Positions 35,602-47,427 of a stretch of 64,000 nucleotides of DNA are shown piece by piece (positions within the stretch are counted from its first letter, which is position 1; each line of letters begins with the position of its first letter). The stretch is from Tubulanus polymorphus. Its lineage: Eukaryota > Animalia > Nemertea. Where the stretch lies: positions 13,379,807 through 13,443,806 of the forward strand of contig NC_134031.1 in assembly GCF_964204645.1 (NCBI RefSeq), given 5' to 3'. The position numbers and the translations under genes were made by a program. A model generated the notes under the pieces. The model saw only the letters and a list, made by a program, of their open reading frames with translations. It searched no databases and was not told where the DNA came from.

Positions 35602-37854
35602 ATGGACACAGATCTGATCTATCAAAACCTGGTGAGTGACATTAAAGCCGGGTTGCCGATAACCCTGAAACAGCGGAAATGTGAATTACGGAAGACGCTG
35701 TTCAAGAATGAAGCCGGCTCGAAAGAATTCTTCGGCCTAGTGAGAAAAATCAGCAAACTCAACAAGGCAAATCGGTTCTTTACAACAGCCAAGCAGATTA
35801 TTACGGGTTCCCCGAGCAATCAAACGCAGGAGGATGCATTTCCGACTAAACGACGGGTGAAGGAATACTTCACGGACCTGTATTCTAGTAAGCAGACCGG
35901 TCCTATTCCTAAGCCACCCTTCAAGAACGTTGCGTTCCCGTTCGATATGTCACCGATAACCGCAGCTGAAATCGAAAAAGCCTTGAAGAGCAGCAACCCA
36001 AAGTCCGCTCCAGGTCCAGACAGGATCAAATACGGACATCTCCGTCAGCACACCCATCGACTCGCGCGATTTTACAACGACATACTAGATACGGGAAGGC
36101 CACCTTCGAAAAACTCGGCGTGGTGCACCAGTATTGTGACCCTTCTATTCAAGAAAGGGGACCGCCGCGATCCTGCTAACTATCGTCCGATTGCGGTTAC
36201 AAGCGTGATCTCGAGGCTCCTTCATCGGATAATGGCGAAACGCATAGAACGCCACGTCATTAGGAACGGATTCATCGACACTGCCGTACAAAAAGGATTC
36301 GTGTCGGGCCTTCACGGGACACTGGAACATTCTGAATTATTAGAGACTAAAATCATCGAAGCCCAAAAAAAACTGAAAATGACTCATTTGTGACTTTATT
36401 TGACCTTAAAAATGCATTCGGTTCAATCGAACGCGAACTGGTAAGTGAAACGCTATCTGTCATTGGAATTCCCGCAAGCTGGTATAGGTACCTAACGGCG
36501 CTGTATTCTCAAATTTCTAGCAAATTCAAAGGTCCTTGGGGCACGGTCGATATCCCCTACAAACGAGGGGTCTTTCAGGGTTGCCCTCTTAGCCCCCTAA
36601 TTTTCATCCTGTGCGTAGAACCCCTCGTTAGAATACTGTCAACCGGGACATCCCTAGCCTATGTAGATGACACAACGCTGGAAACAAAATCGGCAAAAGC
36701 CCACTTATATATAACGTACGCGTTTAACAAAAAAGCCAAGGAAATGAACCTTGAACTCAGGCCGGACAAATGCGTTTCCCTGAGCGTTAGACGCGGACGA
36801 ATTGAGCCATTCAAAAACGAGATAGAGGGCAAAGACACCGCGACCCTCACCGATTTGGACAGAATAACGTATCTAGGCAAAATTTTCAGTCCCAAGGGAC
36901 AGGAAGGGGTGGGTGAAATTCTCCTCACAAAATTCAGGCAACGACTCACAAACATAGATAACGCCGATATACAAAGCGGGACAAAGGTTCATATCGCTAT
37001 AGACTATATGCTGAGAGCTGATTACCATGACCTCATGATCAACGACCTGTCTGATAATTGCTTGCAGTTAATCGACAGTGTCTTTGTAAACACGCTACAT
37101 AAATGGGGTCACCGTCGATTGCTCACTTTTCAAGTACCGTCCACCGTATACCACTGGTTTCATGCATTGAAGGTCTACTTCCTTATCACTTCTCCCGACG
37201 AAAAAATCGTTGAAGTGGCCATCTCGAAATTCGAAAACAGCCATTATCTCGATCTCGCTTTCGAATCCCTCAACCATAAAAACTCGAAGGCGTTCATAAA
37301 ACGCCACTACTTAGGAATATTCGCGCACGCCACCCCCGACCCAGAAAAATTACCCTGTAGCTCTAAGGCGTTTGACGTATTCGACATCTACCCGGAGCAT
37401 ATACCCGAAGTGTATACAGACGGCTCGTGCCTGAGAAACGGTGCAGACGAGGCTCGTGCGGGCTACGGCGTCTACTGGGGGACCAGACAGTCCCTTAAAC
37501 ACCTGTGGCGTCTTTTATCCACCTGCCAACAACAAGGGTGAATTAACTGCGGTCGTCGTGGCTCTCAATCAGGCCATCCAGCTTGGTATTAACTCCTTGA
37601 AAATTTTCACCGACTCGAAATACGTTATAAACGGTATCACTGATTGGATCAAGACGTGGAAAGCCAGGTGCTGGAAAAACGTCAAAAACCGCGATCTCTG
37701 GACACAACTGGATGGTCTGAATAACCGAGTCTGCGTATCTTTCAAATACTTCAGGGGTCACCAGGGGGTACACGGGAATGAGATGGCGGACCAACTAGCT
37801 AAATCGGGAGCAGCTCTCAATGGTAGTAATCCGGGGGTGACGTGTCTCTGTTAA
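35602..37854 (+). CDS. Non-LTR-type reverse transcriptase fused to RNase H1-like domain (two frameshifts, both in homopolymer runs)
   Basis: RT motifs KSAPGPDRI, LLFKKGD..DPANYRPIA, QKGF..G..GTLEH, FDLKNAFGSI, GVFQGCPLSPLIF, YVDD, YLG. RNase H motifs YTDGSC, NNKGEL, FTDSKY, GHQG..GNEMADQLA. Shifts at the A9 run (~36365) and G5 run (~37477). Confidence 0.9.
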
Positions 37855-37863
37855 ACTCTAACG

Positions 37864-38519
37864 TTAACCTCCATCCAGCTTTTTTATGATGGAAGCCCTG
37901 GCCTGCTCCCTGCCCTGCCTGATGAGGTCCTTTTTTGTAGCCTCGTCGATCGTGATTGACCCGTGTTTTTTACGAGCCTGTGACTTGATATCCTGCTTCA
38001 AAGTCTGATTTCCAGAGTTGATTCGAGTTCAAGCGGATTCTAGCCGAACAGAGTTCCTCTGTTCGGCTAGAATCAGCTTGAACTCGTCATCCGAAACAAC
38101 TCCATCACTTATTGCCCTCGATACAAGATCTGACACGGTGCTTAGTTTGGAAGGGGCTAACACTCGGATTTCGTCGTGCTTTTTAGCCTTGATCAGAAGC
38201 TTCCGACCGACTATCTTCCCAGACACGCCTAAGACGCCTAGGACGGTCGCAACGGGGATCGTGATTATGTTTGTAAGCACGCCAGCGGCTCCCGTAGCCG
38301 CGACTGCTATGCTAGCCGTCACGAAAGCCGCGTCAAATCCATCTATGGTGTTTACCGCCCTATTATACTTCTTGTAGAGCGCAGCGCGGGATTGTACCTC
38401 GGCCTCTAAAATTTTCTGGACTTCGCATATTATTTTTGCAGTCGGAAGTTCGACGCATCTAGGGTTGGAGCACTAGGCTCAGTTGGAACCATTGGGTAAA
38501 GTTTAGTGTCGCTATCCAT
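37864..38519 (-). pseudogene. Mav-3 coiled-coil/two-TM protein, disrupted
   Basis: MDSDTKLYP...LYKKYNRAVN...hydrophobic hairpin...KAKKHDEIRVLA.SKLSTVSDLVSRAISDG.VSDDEFKLIL. Confidence 0.7.
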
Positions 38520-38527
38520 GCTATATA

Positions 38528-38979
38528 CTATGCGGGAAAATGTCGAGCTCGATGAGGAGTGAAGCTATCGTAGCTATTGCTCGAGTAGCGGGCGATCTCT
38601 ACGACTTGAAATTGATGACGTCGCCCTCGGCCAATTCGACCGGTGGAGAGAACGTTTTGACCGCGGCTTGGAAGACTCCTTTACCTTGCGGTTTGATCGA
38701 GCCCTGTAAAAGCCGAGCCTCTTTCGTGATTTCTCCTTTTTCCACCCTGTTGATGGTCAACACTACTGTGGTATTAGTTGTCAAGTCGCCACCGGAGAGG
38801 CCCATTTTTAGCACTCTCCCCGGACACATCATCGTGTAGCCCGCGTACTGGGATCGCGACCCATCACCGTACGAAAATTCGTAAGAGCCCTCACCAAGGG
38901 GTCCTTTTTCCTCGGCCCAAACGGTTATCACAGGTTTTGTGGTTGACTGTGTTTTCCCTAATCCCCTGTACAAGTTCAT
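38528..38979 (-). CDS. Mav-3 beta-rich protein (possible virion fibre/decoration domain)
   Basis: 126-aa ORF 38599-38979 (ITVWAEEKGPL..GSYEFSYGDG) with a probably premature stop. Function is inference. Confidence 0.45.
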
Positions 38980-38986
38980 CTCTATT

Positions 38987-39430
38987 CTAATGCGAGCAAA
39001 AATCTTTACCTTCGACGTTTGGGTAATATCCTTCCGGGACTCCCAACAGATCGGTGATGGAGCCGCTGAAGAGCGCTCGGTACGGTTTTTTGACGTTGAG
39101 TTCGATGCGCCCCCTCGCCTCCACGTAGGCTATGTTAATGAAGTTCGGTTTGTGACCGTTTCGAGTAATGACTCGCTGAATTTCGTCGTTCAAACTCTCA
39201 ACCGTGTAAAGTCCATTCCTGATAATCAAGTTGAACACTTTTTGTTGGTGCTCGTCCACCCTTTCTCCGGTCATGTAGCGAAACCTGTGGTTGTTCAGTT
39301 TGTCGGAAACGTTGAAGTAAGCCAGAGGAATGACAGCCCGTCTTAAGGCCACAGTTTTGAAGCCACCCGTGTCGAGATGCGTTTTTAGACGCACGGTCGG
39401 ATCCTTACCGTAACAGTGGATGACTAACAT
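38987..39430 (-). pseudogene. Mav-3 penton, N-terminal part only
   Basis: VALRRAVIPLAYFNVSDKLNNHRFRY...IRNGLYTVESLNDEI resembles the penton N-terminus, including Mav-1 NSFYNVSDK...PGLYNLESLAQEI. Confidence 0.65.
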
Positions 39431-39441
39431 CCTTCCTATAT

Positions 39442-40574
39442 CTAACGCGAGAATTTCTTGCTCAGGACTTGGAAAGACAGACCGACTGCAGCGATAAACA
39501 ACAACACCAAGTGCTCGGCCACGAATCCGACTGCTTCTCCGGCTTTCCTCAACAGGAAGCTAACCACCGTTCCGATCATTCCCGGCAACGCGGCAGCTCC
39601 TTTCCCTGCGAGATATTTAAGAAACGCCGAGAACTTTTTCAGAGCTTTTCGAATCCTGGACTTGGGTTCTTTTCCCGGTCCCCAACCAGCGGACTGGGTG
39701 TTACTACGCTTTTGAGCCCGTTCGCGATTGCGAGCCCGACGCTCGTGATAGTCATAACGACGGCCGTGACAACGCTCACCAACGTAATCCCTTCCTGTTT
39801 GAACAACTCCCAGAACTTTACGCCGAGGGGCCGATTATCTTCGTTCTTCAGAAGCCTCTTCAACCTCTCGATCTGAGAAGTCTCCCCCTGCCGTAGAGCC
39901 TCGTAGGTCCGCCTGTATATTGCTTCCTGAGCTTCGAACCTTTCTACTTCGTCGTCCCAGTATCGGATGTCTTGTTCGGACACCGCGTAATCGCGCTCTT
40001 TCTGAGCCTTTTCTAGTTCTCGTTGGGCCCATTCCACGTTTACAGCTGCTGACTTAATTTTGCTGGACGTAGACACCAAAGTAGTAGCTACCCCCCGGAG
40101 TTCACGTCTGTCTTCTGGTCTCAGCGGAGCCCTGTCGTCATTGACGATGTCCTCTATTTCCTGCTGCAAACTCAACTCGTTATCCACCGACAAGCGATCC
40201 ACGATAGATGGTTCCAACGGGTCTCGTTCCATTCTCACCGGTTTGTCCGGGCCCAGAGCATGGAAAAACTCAGAGCCCCCTTTCGCTTTCGAGATGGTAC
40301 TATGCGCGAGTACTTGACCGCTCCTACCGGTAAGTTTCACCCGAACTGGATCACCGTTCAGTTCCGTCTGAAAGAACCAGGTATCGTCTTGTTTTCGTAG
40401 TTGCAGGCGCATCAGGGCTCGCTCCATGTCGTCCAGGTTACCGCCGAATTTACCGAGCAGCGAGTCGATGATGCCGTCTTTTTCTCCCAGGTTTTCCATG
40501 GGAATGAGCTCGTCTACGGCGTCATCTTGAGGCTCCACGTCCCAGTCTATCGGATCAACGTCGAATTCTGCCAT
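39442..40574 (-). pseudogene. Mav-3 coiled-coil/membrane protein, one frameshift
   Basis: Homologue of Mav-1 10134-12875. Confidence 0.75.
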
Positions 40575-40715
40575 CGTCTATAATTAAGCCAGGAATTTCT
40601 GCAAGAATCGGAAACATCGAACTCGTCCATTTGTTTTTGGATCCACTCCTCGTGCGCTTCCCACAAAAACCAGTTTTGTGCCAAAGCAAATTTCGACACC
40701 GGTTCTTTCCCGAAC

Positions 40716-41057
40716 TTACGTTCCGGCTTTCCATGTAGCTCGAGGATTCGGTTTAAGAGGAATCCGTACGAAAGGAAGTTTTTCCGACGAGGGAACTTTT
40801 CGAGGAAGAGTTGATAGACGTCGGCGAAGCAATATCTGATCGTCGCGCATATAGGAATGGTAATCCTTGGAGATGGTTGCTAAAGAAACCGCAACTGTGA
40901 GTTTCATAGCTTCGGAAAGGTCGGACTTGGAGGGTTCACCCACATCAAAGCGTAGCATTTTCTTCCCGAGCATCGCGTACCCTACGGTCAGTCCGCTTAG
41001 AACGGCCGAGTGATAAAGTACGTTTGCGATTGTTCGATAGTCTGGATTCGTTGCCAT
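40716..41057 (-). CDS. Mav-3 small hydrophobic protein; C-terminus apparently fused to unrelated sequence
   Basis: First ~66 aa are homologous to 7663-7884; similarity stops at ~40860, a possible deletion junction. Confidence 0.6.
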   Translation of the reverse strand: MATNPDYRTIANVLYHSAVLSGLTVGYAMLGKKMLRFDVGEPSKSDLSEAMKLTVAVSLATISKDYHSYMRDDQILLRRRLSTLPRKVPSSEKLPFVRIPLKPNPRATWKAGT

Positions 41058-41082
41058 CGTGCTATATCTATCACCAGAAAAT

Positions 41083-41406
41083 TTAGGTCATCTCCACAAG
41101 GCGACAATTCAAAGGTTCCGGTGTTGGTTCCGTGTTTTCTTCGGGTTTCGGTGTTTGGTTTAGCCCCATTCTCTGATAGTATAGAGCTCCGAGGCCCACT
41201 AACAACCCGCCTATCGCGATCCACATTTGCAGGCGTTTTGACTGGGCTCTGTTTTCGTCGTCGGAACCGACAATCGGGGCAGCCGTTTTCTTCGAGGCTC
41301 GCTGCTGCCTACTAATTTCGGCAAGCTTTTTGCCCCATGCGACTCGACCAGGGGACTTTTGTTTATGCGGGTTAGTCGTCACTTGTTCCACTTGTTCAAG
41401 TTCCAT
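41083..41406 (-). CDS. Mav-3 small basic single-TM protein
   Basis: Homologue of 16681-17052. Confidence 0.6.
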   Translation of the reverse strand: MELEQVEQVTTNPHKQKSPGRVAWGKKLAEISRQQRASKKTAAPIVGSDDENRAQSKRLQMWIAIGGLLVGLGALYYQRMGLNQTPKPEENTEPTPEPLNCRLVEMT

Positions 41407-41457
41407 CCCTATATGCAAGAGAGGAAAATACGACTTACGGGAAAGTGGACAAGTTAC

Positions 41458-41924
41458 TTATCGGCAAGTGGACAAGTCACTTTCCTCAGAATCTGCCATA
41501 TTCTTCCCGGTGATTACCGCCACGTTCGCGATTGCGCGTATGGGAGTCTTCAGATTCCTACCCAGATGGCCGAGCTGGTTTTTCATCTCGGCGGTGATAA
41601 CAAAGTTTTCAGTCAACTCCTTGTTTGCGTCTACGTTAGGTCTGAACCACTTGCAGAGCTTGGAATAACCGTAGAGTATGCTGTTGATCAGACTGTCGGA
41701 AACCGCGGCGGAATAACGGTTTTCGTACTCCGTCCACACCCGTTCGAGCGCTTTCGAGTTCATCTTCTTGAGTTGACCTTCGGATTTCTTGATACCTATT
41801 TTTGCGAGCAACCCGGTCTGAGAAAGCCCAACAAGTAGCTGCCTGCGCCCTCCGACTCGTCGTCTTCGGGTGATTCTACATCCAACCCAATGTCACTCAG
41901 TAATTCGTCGTAGACTTCGTCCAT
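41458..41924 (-). pseudogene. Mav-3 conserved hypothetical protein, frameshifted
   Basis: Homologue of 17045-17653 in the same gene-pair order. Confidence 0.6.
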
Positions 41925-42068
41925 GTTCGCTATATGTTAGTCGTCCAAAATTTAGAATACCCCGTAGGCGAATGGATACTCGAGGCGCATGACGAGACGT
42001 TCGCGTTAGGTACAACAGTAATCGTAGCGTCTGGTGTGCATTTTCTCAAGAAGTAGGTATAGGGAAAG

Positions 42069-43106
42069 ATGGAAGAGGTTTGGACGAAACACGGCTACCC
42101 GTCGGCCCTGAAACTGTACAGAATTATGAAAAAGCGTGATCCCGGTGTTACCTTCGTAGAAGTTGACAAGTTCGTATCGGCGAAGAAGACTTATCAGCTA
42201 CATAAAAAGATGCGCAGAGAAATTCAAGGACATATCGTAGCCTACTGCGAGAACTGCATTTGGTTCGCGGACCTACTGGATATGTCGAACTACGGTCGAC
42301 GAAACAAGGGATACAAGTGGATTCTACTTTGCGTTGACGTATTCACTCGAAAGGCCTACGCGCAGCCGTTGAAAAAGAAGACCAAGGAAGCCGTCAAAGA
42401 GGGATTCGAGGCAATCATGGAAGGTCTCGGCGAGGAGAAAGTGACTCTGTTAGTCACCGATTCCGGATCGGAGTTTCTAAACAAACCGATGCAAGAACTG
42501 TTTAGGACGCTGGGAATTGAACACAGGACTGTTGAAGTTGGCGACCACAAAGCGCTTGGCATCATCGACAGGCTGTCTAGGACGATAAAGGAGATCATTT
42601 TCAAGGATTTCACCGAAAGAGAAACCGTCGTGTGGTACGATCGTTTGCAAGATTACGTAGATGGCTACAACGCTACACCTCACTGGGGTATTTCAGATAT
42701 GACTCCCGAAGAGGCCGGAGAATCCCGAAATGAAGAAAGGTTACTGTTCGAAAATATCGGAAAATCCGAACCCCCTGAGAGCCCGTTCAAGCCAGGCGAC
42801 AGCGTAAGGAAAAAGCTGAAAAGACCCGTGTTCAAAAAGGGTTACAAACAGATATGGGGCCAAACAGTGCACTCCCTCGCGTCTGTGGAAGGCTTAAATG
42901 GGGTCCTCGATAATGGAGAATCAGTTAGGTTGGACGATCTGCAACTAGTGATACCTCCAGCTGAAGAGAAGACGACGGTAGACGCTGTGTTCGTAGCCGA
43001 CAAAGAGCACAAGATAGAGCAGACTATCAAGCACAAGGAGGGTTTGTCACCCGAAGCGTTAATGCCCTCGAATAGCAGGTACAGCCTGCGATCTAAAGCT
43101 CGTTGA
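42069..43106 (+). CDS. Mav-3 rve integrase (intact 345-aa ORF, no chromodomain)
   Basis: WFADLLDM, CVDVFTRKAYA, VTDSGSEF, GIIDRLSRTIKE, YNATPH. Confidence 0.92.
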   Translation: MEEVWTKHGYPSALKLYRIMKKRDPGVTFVEVDKFVSAKKTYQLHKKMRREIQGHIVAYCENCIWFADLLDMSNYGRRNKGYKWILLCVDVFTRKAYAQPLKKKTKEAVKEGFEAIMEGLGEEKVTLLVTDSGSEFLNKPMQELFRTLGIEHRTVEVGDHKALGIIDRLSRTIKEIIFKDFTERETVVWYDRLQDYVDGYNATPHWGISDMTPEEAGESRNEERLLFENIGKSEPPESPFKPGDSVRKKLKRPVFKKGYKQIWGQTVHSLASVEGLNGVLDNGESVRLDDLQLVIPPAEEKTTVDAVFVADKEHKIEQTIKHKEGLSPEALMPSNSRYSLRSKAR

Positions 43107-46100
43107 GCAATTCCTCGACGTACTCGTCCAACGGAGTCCTGGCATTTTTGTGGCCATAAGCGAGCGTAGCGATACCATCGTCGGCGATCCACCTCTTACT
43201 GTCGAAGGGACTGAGACTCTGCTTTGTCATACGCAGGCCGTACATTTTGTGACCCTCGCTTCTCAGCATATTCATTCTGTGCTGGAAGACCTTCTTTTGG
43301 AACAGACATTCCTTGTATTGCTGGTGGCGGATCTGTTTCTTCACCACGTTCTTTTTCACACCCTTGTCCTTCTTGATGTTAGTCTGATCGGCTATTAAGA
43401 TGCTGTACATCTTCGGTCTGAGCCCGACGTACTCCTGGATGGGTGTACCCGCGCACTCGTCTTTCATCTTACAGAGAACCTTCTTGTTGACGTTGCTATG
43501 CAGCGGGTGATTTCCCGGGTAATCGCTAGTATCGTAAAGGTCGTTGTTCGAATCCATGTCTTCGTAGATGTCTTCCGTCTCAATCTCTAGCAGGAGACTG
43601 TCGGTGTCAGTGTACAGCAATCGAGTACGATCGCCGTATACCTGTTTCATGTGGTTATAGTAGAAGTCGTACATCAGCAGCTTGCTGAGATCGAGCACGG
43701 ACATCCCTACGTAAACGGGCCTATTCAGGTACAGATTAGTCTTGTACATGTGCATCGCGGCAAGATCGTCGTCAAACACCTTGGACCTGGCGAAGTTCGG
43801 CTTGGCTATCAACTTCCTCAACCTGTCTTACTCGTTTGATCTGACAAGCTTCACGTCTACCCTGCGTCTAAGATTTCCCATGGTCTTGCCGAATACGGAG
43901 TTATTCATCAGCTTGTACAGGTCCTTCTCGAAGTCGCTGGTTGCTAGCTTTCTTAGTTTTGTGTTCAGTCTTATATACGGCTCCATCCACGGCGATTGGT
44001 CGAATTCGAAGCCGCGATGAATCTTTGTGAGCTTCAGTCCTAGCTCCAGGTACAACTTAAGGTCCCTGTAATGAACGACGTATCTCTCCTTGTTGCGGAG
44101 ATTAGGCACCAGTTTTTCCGTTTCGGTCGAACCCCCCAGTCTTCCTAACAGATCTTGCTGGTACTGCGACATCCAAGCTTCTTGAACCTTAAGCCTTTCC
44201 GGTGCCAGTGGGTACTCGTTGTGCGAGTCGTGCAGCCCCCTGGGGTATTCCAAGTCTACCTCTAGAATGTAACCTTTCTCTGCGTCATCTGGATGTCCCG
44301 ATACATTGAGTTCTTGCGGCCTTTCAACCCACTCGAATCCGCCCGTTGGCAGGTGTTGCGACATAGCCCAGCCATATAAGTTATTCGCGTCAAGGTACAT
44401 TATGTGTGTCGTCGGCTTCTTTGGATCGTGACCGGGAACCAAAGGATTGTTGGCCCTGCAGTGGCGTTTGCTGACCATGGAAATGCCACCTCGCAGACCC
44501 TTTTCGATGAATAAGAACTGGTCGTAGTCCATTAAGAGCTCTAGTTTAACCTCTGTTTTCTTAAGTAGAGCGTCCAGCTAAGACCCGGGCTGGTGTAATA
44601 CTGTGCGGGATCTAGGCCGTACTGCTTCACGCAAGTGGACCTGAAATTCTCGAATACATCGGCGAGAAGAACCGTATCGGTCCTCAGATAGAGGTCGTGG
44701 TAGTCACCCATAGTACGGCACTGAAACGTGGCCCATAACTTTTGCGCGTGGGCATAGTCTTGATCGCTGATTCCCGCCTCTGATAGCTTGCTGTAGAAGG
44801 CTCCTTTTGACGGAAGCTGGGTATCCTGGAATTTCTCCCAACTGTCCATGTACTCGTATGGGTATACGCCCTTTCTCAGTAACAGTATAGACAATTCAAT
44901 GTTTTGGTTTTATCGCCCACGACAATTCATTACTAGTTTTTCGGGTGCAGGTTCGGCCGCAGCTGTCAGCGTAAAGCTCCCCTTAGCGGCTGACGCAACC
45001 AGTCTGTCAAATGGGGCCAGCAAGAACTGCACAGAATCGATGAACCGCAAATTACCGAGACTGAATGAGATGTACTTCTCCATGTTATTCGGGATGCACG
45101 TTATCTTTCCTTCAGTCCGACCGATTGCCTGCATGATGAGATGAGAGTCGTAACCGCGGAGGTTGTGAAACACGACCGGCATAGGCGTGTATTTCGCGGA
45201 CAGTCGCAACTTGAGGTTGCACTCGTTGTGGGCTGGGCCCCGGTAGTCACCCGTTATGTGATCGCGATCACTGACCCGATCCTCATAGAGTGGTTTGTCA
45301 CATACGTAGCAATTTTCCGCTTCCTCGAATGACGTTTGCTCCTCCCGAGTAGTTACCATAGGCGCGGGATGGGCGAGCACGCCCTTGATTTTCTCCTTTT
45401 CCCCTTGGAGGTGCTGAAGGAATACCGCCGCAGCGTCTTGGCCTCTATAAAGGACGGGTGGTTCGTGTTTACCGTCGCTTCTCACTACCACGTACGAGAA
45501 CCCGCACGCCTCGTGAAGTTGAGTCTTTTCGCTACCTTTCTGGTTCGGGTTCCTTCCGGGGCCCTCGAATTTGGTTGTAATGGCTTCGAAGTCGGCATAG
45601 ATGACGAACGGAATCTTGAGCTGCTTGTGATGATTGGTGAACCGCAGCACTTTGTCCTCCTCCGAGGGCATACTGGTACGCCTCGGACGTCCGTTGACTC
45701 CTCGACAATCTGACCTGTGCCTCTCCAGGAGATCTTCTCTGGTGAAACAATGAAGGCACCGCTCGCAGAAGTGTTTCTTCCCTTCAAACTTACTCTGGGT
45801 GAACAACAGGCGATTGAGGTCTTTGATCCATGTGTAATGCTGTTTCTCACCGCTCTCTACGAGTAGCAAGTTAATTCTAGGAATGGGGGCCGGGCCATCG
45901 CTGATATGCAGTGGGTACACGCCTTTGTCATACCCGAACACGTTGATTGCCAGTCCGTTTTGTCGTTCGACTATAGGAATCTGACTCAATGGTGTTGGTT
46001 AATCAATGCCTGTAAAGTCAAGCTGGTCCCAGTGATTCGCATACTTCGATGGCCTCTGGGGGTCTCTCTCTACGGGGTATTTCGAGGCCAGTATTGACCA

Positions 46101-46783
46101 CTTAAGGCAGTGATCATCTCTATTTTTGACATTTACGACGGCGTGTCTTCTCTTGACTGCGACGGGGAGGTCGATATAAGAACTGCCTCTCAACGGTTGA
46201 TATCTGGCGATATTCAGGAATAGTTCGACTACCCTCTCTACAGCCCATCCGGAACCTTCTCTCATATAATTCTCAATACTTTGTAAAACCCTAGCTTCAG
46301 CTTTACTCAACTCCTCATTTATGTTAGCCGCCTTCGATAGAACGTATTGCTTCGACCAGAAGGGCGGCTCGACGTACGCATAGGTGCCGTCGTTCTTCTC
46401 CTCAACGAAACAAACAGAGCAATGGAGAATTTTACACCCTTAAGGTCAATGATCTCCTCGACTAACTTCTCCCTTACATTGTTCCGCTGAATATCGACGG
46501 ATCAGTCACATCGGTGGCTGGTCTCAAAACCAAGGCCCTCAGATAATTTTGGATAGCAAACGGGGCCCTATGAAACTGGCTCCGGTAGAATCTCATCCCA
46601 AATCGGATCATCGTCCGGTATAATGTTTTCTACCTTGTACTTGGGTTTTCTGGGGGCGGGTTTTGGCTTTCTCGGAGCAGGCGTCGGTGTGCGGGTCAAC
46701 TGGTTGATGGCATCGGCATATGTTGCGACAGTAATCTGCCCGTCTCGAAGTAAATCGGTCAGACTTTTTATCGCGCTGTCCAT
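43093..46783 (-). pseudogene. polB: Mav-3 protein-primed DNA polymerase B, fragmented
   Basis: NVKNRDDHCLKWSI, YADFEA, DRDHITGDYRGPAHNECNL, FHNLRGYDSH, YLDANNLYGWAM, KLMNNSVFGKT, YTDTDS. Confidence 0.95.
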
Positions 46784-46871
46784 TTTGCTTTCGCTATGAG
46801 AAATGTGAGAAATGTATGTCTCTAAATGGAAATTTTTGGGGGGCCCCTCGTCAGAAGTCGGCACACGCCGA

Positions 46872-47427
46872 GTGTTGGCCGGGCCTGGCCATGTCCAAGG
46901 GACATGACTCTGGCTGATAGCGTCAGCTTAGAGGTGAAATCCAGGTCAGAGCGTTTCACATACTTGTATATACTGTAAATATCTATGTAAATAACACTTT
47001 GTTGTAGGTGCATTATAGCGGTTGGTTTATAGGGGCCGGAGGGGGTTTGCCGGCCCCTTGGCGTGTTTTCCATGGTCCACAGGGGTTGTCTTCTTAGGGT
47101 ATTTAGGAGGAGAAAAAGCTTTGAGGGGGTACACGGTATATTGGGGTAAGGATGGGCTGCGCCAGAACCGGGGTCGGGCTGCGCCAGAACCGCGGTCCAC
47201 AGGGGTTGTCTTCTTAGGGTATTTAGGTGGAGATAAAGCTTTGAGAGGGTACACGGTATACCGGGGTAAGGATAGGCTGCGCCAGAACCGCGGTTCACAG
47301 GGGTTGTCTTCTTAGGGTATTTAGGTGGAGATAAAGCTTTGAGAGGGTACACGGTATACCGGGGTAAGGATGGGCTGCGCCAGAACCGGGGTCGGGCTGC
47401 ACCAGAACCGCTATTTTGTATACTACT
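46872..47427. repeat. Mav-3 right TIR
   Basis: Reverse complement of 34854-35529, lacking the 98-bp block 35391-35488 and part of one 120-bp unit. Confidence 0.95.

Larger units (their letters stand above)
34854..47427 (-). mobile_element. Maverick Mav-3 (GC-richer family, 12.6 kb) nested in Mav-2; carries RT-RNase H; no MCP or ATPase seen
   Basis: Termini AGTAGTATAC...GTATACTACT, perfect 6-bp TSD GATGGA (34848-34853; 47428-47433), long TIRs, pPolB and rve integrase. Confidence 0.96.

Noticed and set aside
36361-36395. Programmed -1 frameshift at the A9 run in the RT
   Set aside because: It falls in the middle of the RT domain, where a regulated shift makes little sense; a homopolymer indel (mutation or sequencing error) is simpler.
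46825-46880. Hammerhead ribozyme-like CTGACGA-stem on the minus strand
   Set aside because: The stem is followed by AAAA rather than GAAA and I cannot build stems I and III.
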